Source: an uncultured bacterium
GTDB taxonomy: Bacteria; Myxococcota_A; UBA796
NCBI GenBank assembly: GCA_963932775.1
Contig: CAWVVG010000002.1
Location: 1-37,514 of the forward strand
DNA length: 37,514 nucleotides
Direction: 5' to 3'
Within the stretch, counting starts at the first letter, position 1. The number at the start of each line of letters is the position of its first letter. A program made the translations under genes and the position numbers. The notes beneath the pieces were generated by a model. It was not told the origin of the DNA. It was given only the letters and a program-made list of their open reading frames with translations, and made no database searches. Of this stretch, positions 35,508 to 37,514 are shown piece by piece.

Positions 35508-36179
35508 TCATCGTCGTATTTCTCGACTTACCGCCATTAGAGTTTTGCCCGCATATATGGCGCTGCGAAAACCCCCGTGCATGCTCTCTCCACCGGCACG
35601 ACAGGCCATTTTCACACCGACCTCGGTGACCGAAAATCCCATTCGCTGAATTCGGACCAAGAGATTGGCATCGGTCAGTTCCACTGGGAAGTCATTCACG
35701 ATAGCCGCCACGACCGAAATGTTGAGCGCCTGAAAGCCGCTGCTGATGTCTTGGACCTGCAATCCCGACATCCACTCCGTCGCCATGCCCATCAATTGAA
35801 CCGTCCAGCGTCGGCGCCGGGGCCATGACTCTGCGGACCCACCGGAGGCAAAACGGCTGCCGATCACCATGTCCGCGCGCCCGAGGCCCTCTAGTAGTCG
35901 AGGGATTGCATCCGGTGGATGTTGACCATCCGCATCAAGCTGAACCACCCAAGCCACCCCAGGCTGACCCACTGCGTATCGGTATCCAGCGCACAGGGCC
36001 TGCCCATAGCCCCGAGCAGACTCGATCACCGTCGCACCAGCTTGGACTGCAACGAGGGCGGTGTCGTCGGTGCAATCGTTCGCGATTACCACGATCTCCA
36101 CACCGGGTTGAGCCACCTGAACGGACCGAATCACGAGACCGATTCGGGGCCCTTCATTCCGGGCGGGAATGAGAATCAC
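35508..36179 (-). CDS. GT2 glycosyltransferase of the polyprenyl-phosphate sugar synthase type (DPM1/Ppm1/ArnC-like), soluble form
   Basis: The ORF track extends to 36332, but that part overlaps thiS in another frame. GTG 36179 overlaps the thiS stop (GTGA) and opens directly with the GT-A motif VILIPARNEG. Following motifs are IANDCTDDT, QLDADGQHPP, VIGSRF, DISSGF. No C-terminal TM helices. Confidence 0.85.
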   Translation of the reverse strand: MILIPARNEGPRIGLVIRSVQVAQPGVEIVVIANDCTDDTALVAVQAGATVIESARGYGQALCAGYRYAVGQPGVAWVVQLDADGQHPPDAIPRLLEGLGRADMVIGSRFASGGSAESWPRRRRWTVQLMGMATEWMSGLQVQDISSGFQALNISVVAAIVNDFPVELTDANLLVRIQRMGFSVTEVGVKMACRAGGESMHGGFRSAIYAGKTLMAVSREIRR

Positions 36180-36376
36180 TCTCCCCCCACCGCTTGAATA
36201 ATTTCCACATCGACGGTCTCTCTCAATTCGATCACGCTTCGCTGAGACTGGGACACCACAGTCCCGTTGACCGCCACAGCAATACCAGAGGGATTCAACC
36301 GCAGGCCTTGAATCAGTCGAGAGACCGTCCATCCCTCACCGATCATTCGAGGCTTGCCGTTGACCGCGATATTCAT
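36176..36376 (-). CDS. thiS: ThiS/MoaD-type beta-grasp sulfur-carrier-like protein with a GG-Glu C-terminus
   Basis: 66 aa. MNIAVNGKPRMIGEGWTVSRLIQGLRLNPSGIAVAVNGTVVSQSQRSVIELRETVDVEIIQAVGGE follows the ThiS template (xVNG...tv.dLl..l......vAVavNg.iv.r.......l..gD.veiv.avgGG). It starts 1 nt after the pilT stop. Confidence 0.8.
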   Translation of the reverse strand: MNIAVNGKPRMIGEGWTVSRLIQGLRLNPSGIAVAVNGTVVSQSQRSVIELRETVDVEIIQAVGGE

Positions 36377-36377
36377 C

Positions 36378-37430
36378 TTATTCGTCGAACAACCGGGGGT
36401 TTCCTGTGGCGGAAATTGCGGCCTTTCGGTTCACCAGGCCACGACCCACTAGGCCCAAAATCGCATCCTCCATCAACACCATGCCCTCGCCTTTGGAAGC
36501 CTGAATGATGGAAGGCATCTGATGGAGCTTGTTCTCACGGATGAGGTTCCGAATGGCGGGAGTGGCAATCATGACCTCATGGGCAGCCACCCGCCCCGGT
36601 CCCCGTGCACTCCGCAGCAACGTCTGGGTCACCACTGCCGCCAATGAGGTCGACAGCATGGTGCGCACTTGGGCTTGCTGCTCGTGAGGATAGGCATCAA
36701 TGATCCGGTCGATTGTCTCGGGAGCAGAATTTGTATGCAGGGTGCCGAACACCAAGTGCCCCGTCTCCGCTGCAGTGAGCGCCAAAGACACGGTCTCAAG
36801 GTCGCGCATCTCACCGATCAAGATCACATCCGGATCTTCACGAAGCGCTGAACGCAGGGCCACGGAGAAAGATTTTGTATGGCTGCCGATTTCTCGTTGA
36901 TTGATCAAACACTTGTGGGGCGTGTGCACAAATTCTATGGGATCCTCAATGGTAAGGATGTGCTCCGCTCGATTCTTATTGATGTGATCAATGATGGCTG
37001 CAAGCGACGTACTCTTTCCGGACCCAGTCGGACCCGTCACCAGGACCAGTCCCTTTCTGTACGCGGCGATCTGATGAAAAATCGATGGTGCATTCAATTC
37101 GTCTAGGCTGAGCACCCGGCTCGGAATCTGCCGAAGGACCATCCCAACACCGCGGGACTGGGTAAACACATTGACTCGAAAACGGGCGAGTCCCTCCAGT
37201 CCAATCGAGAAATCGACCTCCAGTTCGTTCTCAAAGCGAGACTTCTGCTTCTCGTTCATGATCGAGTATGCGAGCCTGCGAGCATCATCGATGTTCAGCT
37301 GATCAAGATCCAGCCGACGCACCTCTCCATCGATGCGCACGCTGGGAATCTCTCCGGCACCGAGATGGATGTCAGAGGCCTTGTGCTGGACCGCGAAGGT
37401 CAACATCTCATGAATTCGAATCTGACTCAT
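36378..37430 (-). CDS. pilT: Type IV pilus retraction ATPase PilT
   Basis: 350 aa. ASDIHLGAGEIPSVRIDGEV, the Walker A GPTGSGKSTSLAAII, ILTIEDPIEF, ILIGEMRDLETV and GHLVFGTLHTNSA are canonical PilT blocks. Confidence 0.95.
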   Translation of the reverse strand: MSQIRIHEMLTFAVQHKASDIHLGAGEIPSVRIDGEVRRLDLDQLNIDDARRLAYSIMNEKQKSRFENELEVDFSIGLEGLARFRVNVFTQSRGVGMVLRQIPSRVLSLDELNAPSIFHQIAAYRKGLVLVTGPTGSGKSTSLAAIIDHINKNRAEHILTIEDPIEFVHTPHKCLINQREIGSHTKSFSVALRSALREDPDVILIGEMRDLETVSLALTAAETGHLVFGTLHTNSAPETIDRIIDAYPHEQQAQVRTMLSTSLAAVVTQTLLRSARGPGRVAAHEVMIATPAIRNLIRENKLHQMPSIIQASKGEGMVLMEDAILGLVGRGLVNRKAAISATGNPRLFDE

Positions 37431-37457
37431 GGCGCCAAACTACCACGATGAGAGGAC

Positions 37458-37514
37458 TTAGAAGGGAATCTCGTCATCCCGGTACGGCATTCCGCCGCCA
37501 TCTTGATTGCCGCC
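37458..37514 (-). CDS. ssb: Single-stranded DNA-binding protein, 3' end only
   Basis: The minus-strand translation of the last 57 nt is GGNQDGGGMPYRDDEIPF-stop. A Gly-rich linker ending in the acidic D-D-x-I-P-F tip is the hallmark SSB C-terminus. Only 18 codons are visible. Confidence 0.65.
   Translation of the reverse strand, partial: GGNQDGGGMPYRDDEIPF

Noticed and set aside
36180-36332. N-terminal 51 codons of the track ORF 35508..36332
   Set aside because: They overlap the thiS-like gene in another frame and encode no glycosyltransferase sequence. The GT-A fold starts exactly at GTG 36179 (VILIPARNEG), which forms a GTGA overlap with the thiS stop.
1-37514. Search for mobile elements, CRISPR arrays, tRNA/rRNA genes and long repeats
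   Set aside because: No transposase, integrase or recombinase-like translation appears in any frame of the ORF track. There are no regularly spaced direct repeats. The only non-coding stretch above 150 nt is the rpsO-pnp leader, which has no tRNA-like T-arm sequence.

Overview
This is a gene-dense (about 95% coding), high-GC (roughly 58-60% by eye) bacterial chromosomal segment. The gene content (PilT, PilZ, stand-alone cNMP-binding proteins, GT-C/GT87 membrane glycosyltransferases, TPR proteins) resembles a Myxococcota/Bdellovibrionota-like lineage, but that placement is only an impression. I support 38 protein-coding genes. Clear housekeeping anchors are rpsO-pnp-dut, uvrB, def, aat, pilT and a SpoU/TrmH methyltransferase. 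A histidine kinase is truncated at the left edge and an ssb 3' end at the right edge; both are absent from the ORF track because they run off the window. I found no rRNA, tRNA, CRISPR array, transposase/integrase or long repeat. The long ORFs antisense to pnp, uvrB, the SNF2 gene and the ATP-grasp gene look like high-GC artefacts. The most unusual parts are: (1) a tightly packed minus-strand string ssb-pilT-thiS-like-GT2-SWIM/SNF2, where a ThiS-type protein ending in GG-Glu is translationally coupled to a polyprenyl-phosphate-type glycosyltransferase with no thiamine or Moco partners nearby; (2) an overlapping operon of a Gfo/Idh/MocA oxidoreductase, a GT-C-like polytopic membrane protein and a B12-binding radical SAM enzyme; (3) a HemN-family radical SAM enzyme with about 190 extra N-terminal residues followed by a TlpA-like thioredoxin; (4) an APC permease fused to two Usp domains and an EIIA(Ntr)-like domain lacking the phospho-histidine; (5) a 5'-nucleotidase-fold lipoprotein with degenerate metal motifs and a PCGC insertion; (6) a membrane-anchored PD-(D/E)xK nuclease-like protein divergent from a YheC/D-type ATP-grasp. 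All functional calls come from motif recognition in the translations. No database search was possible.
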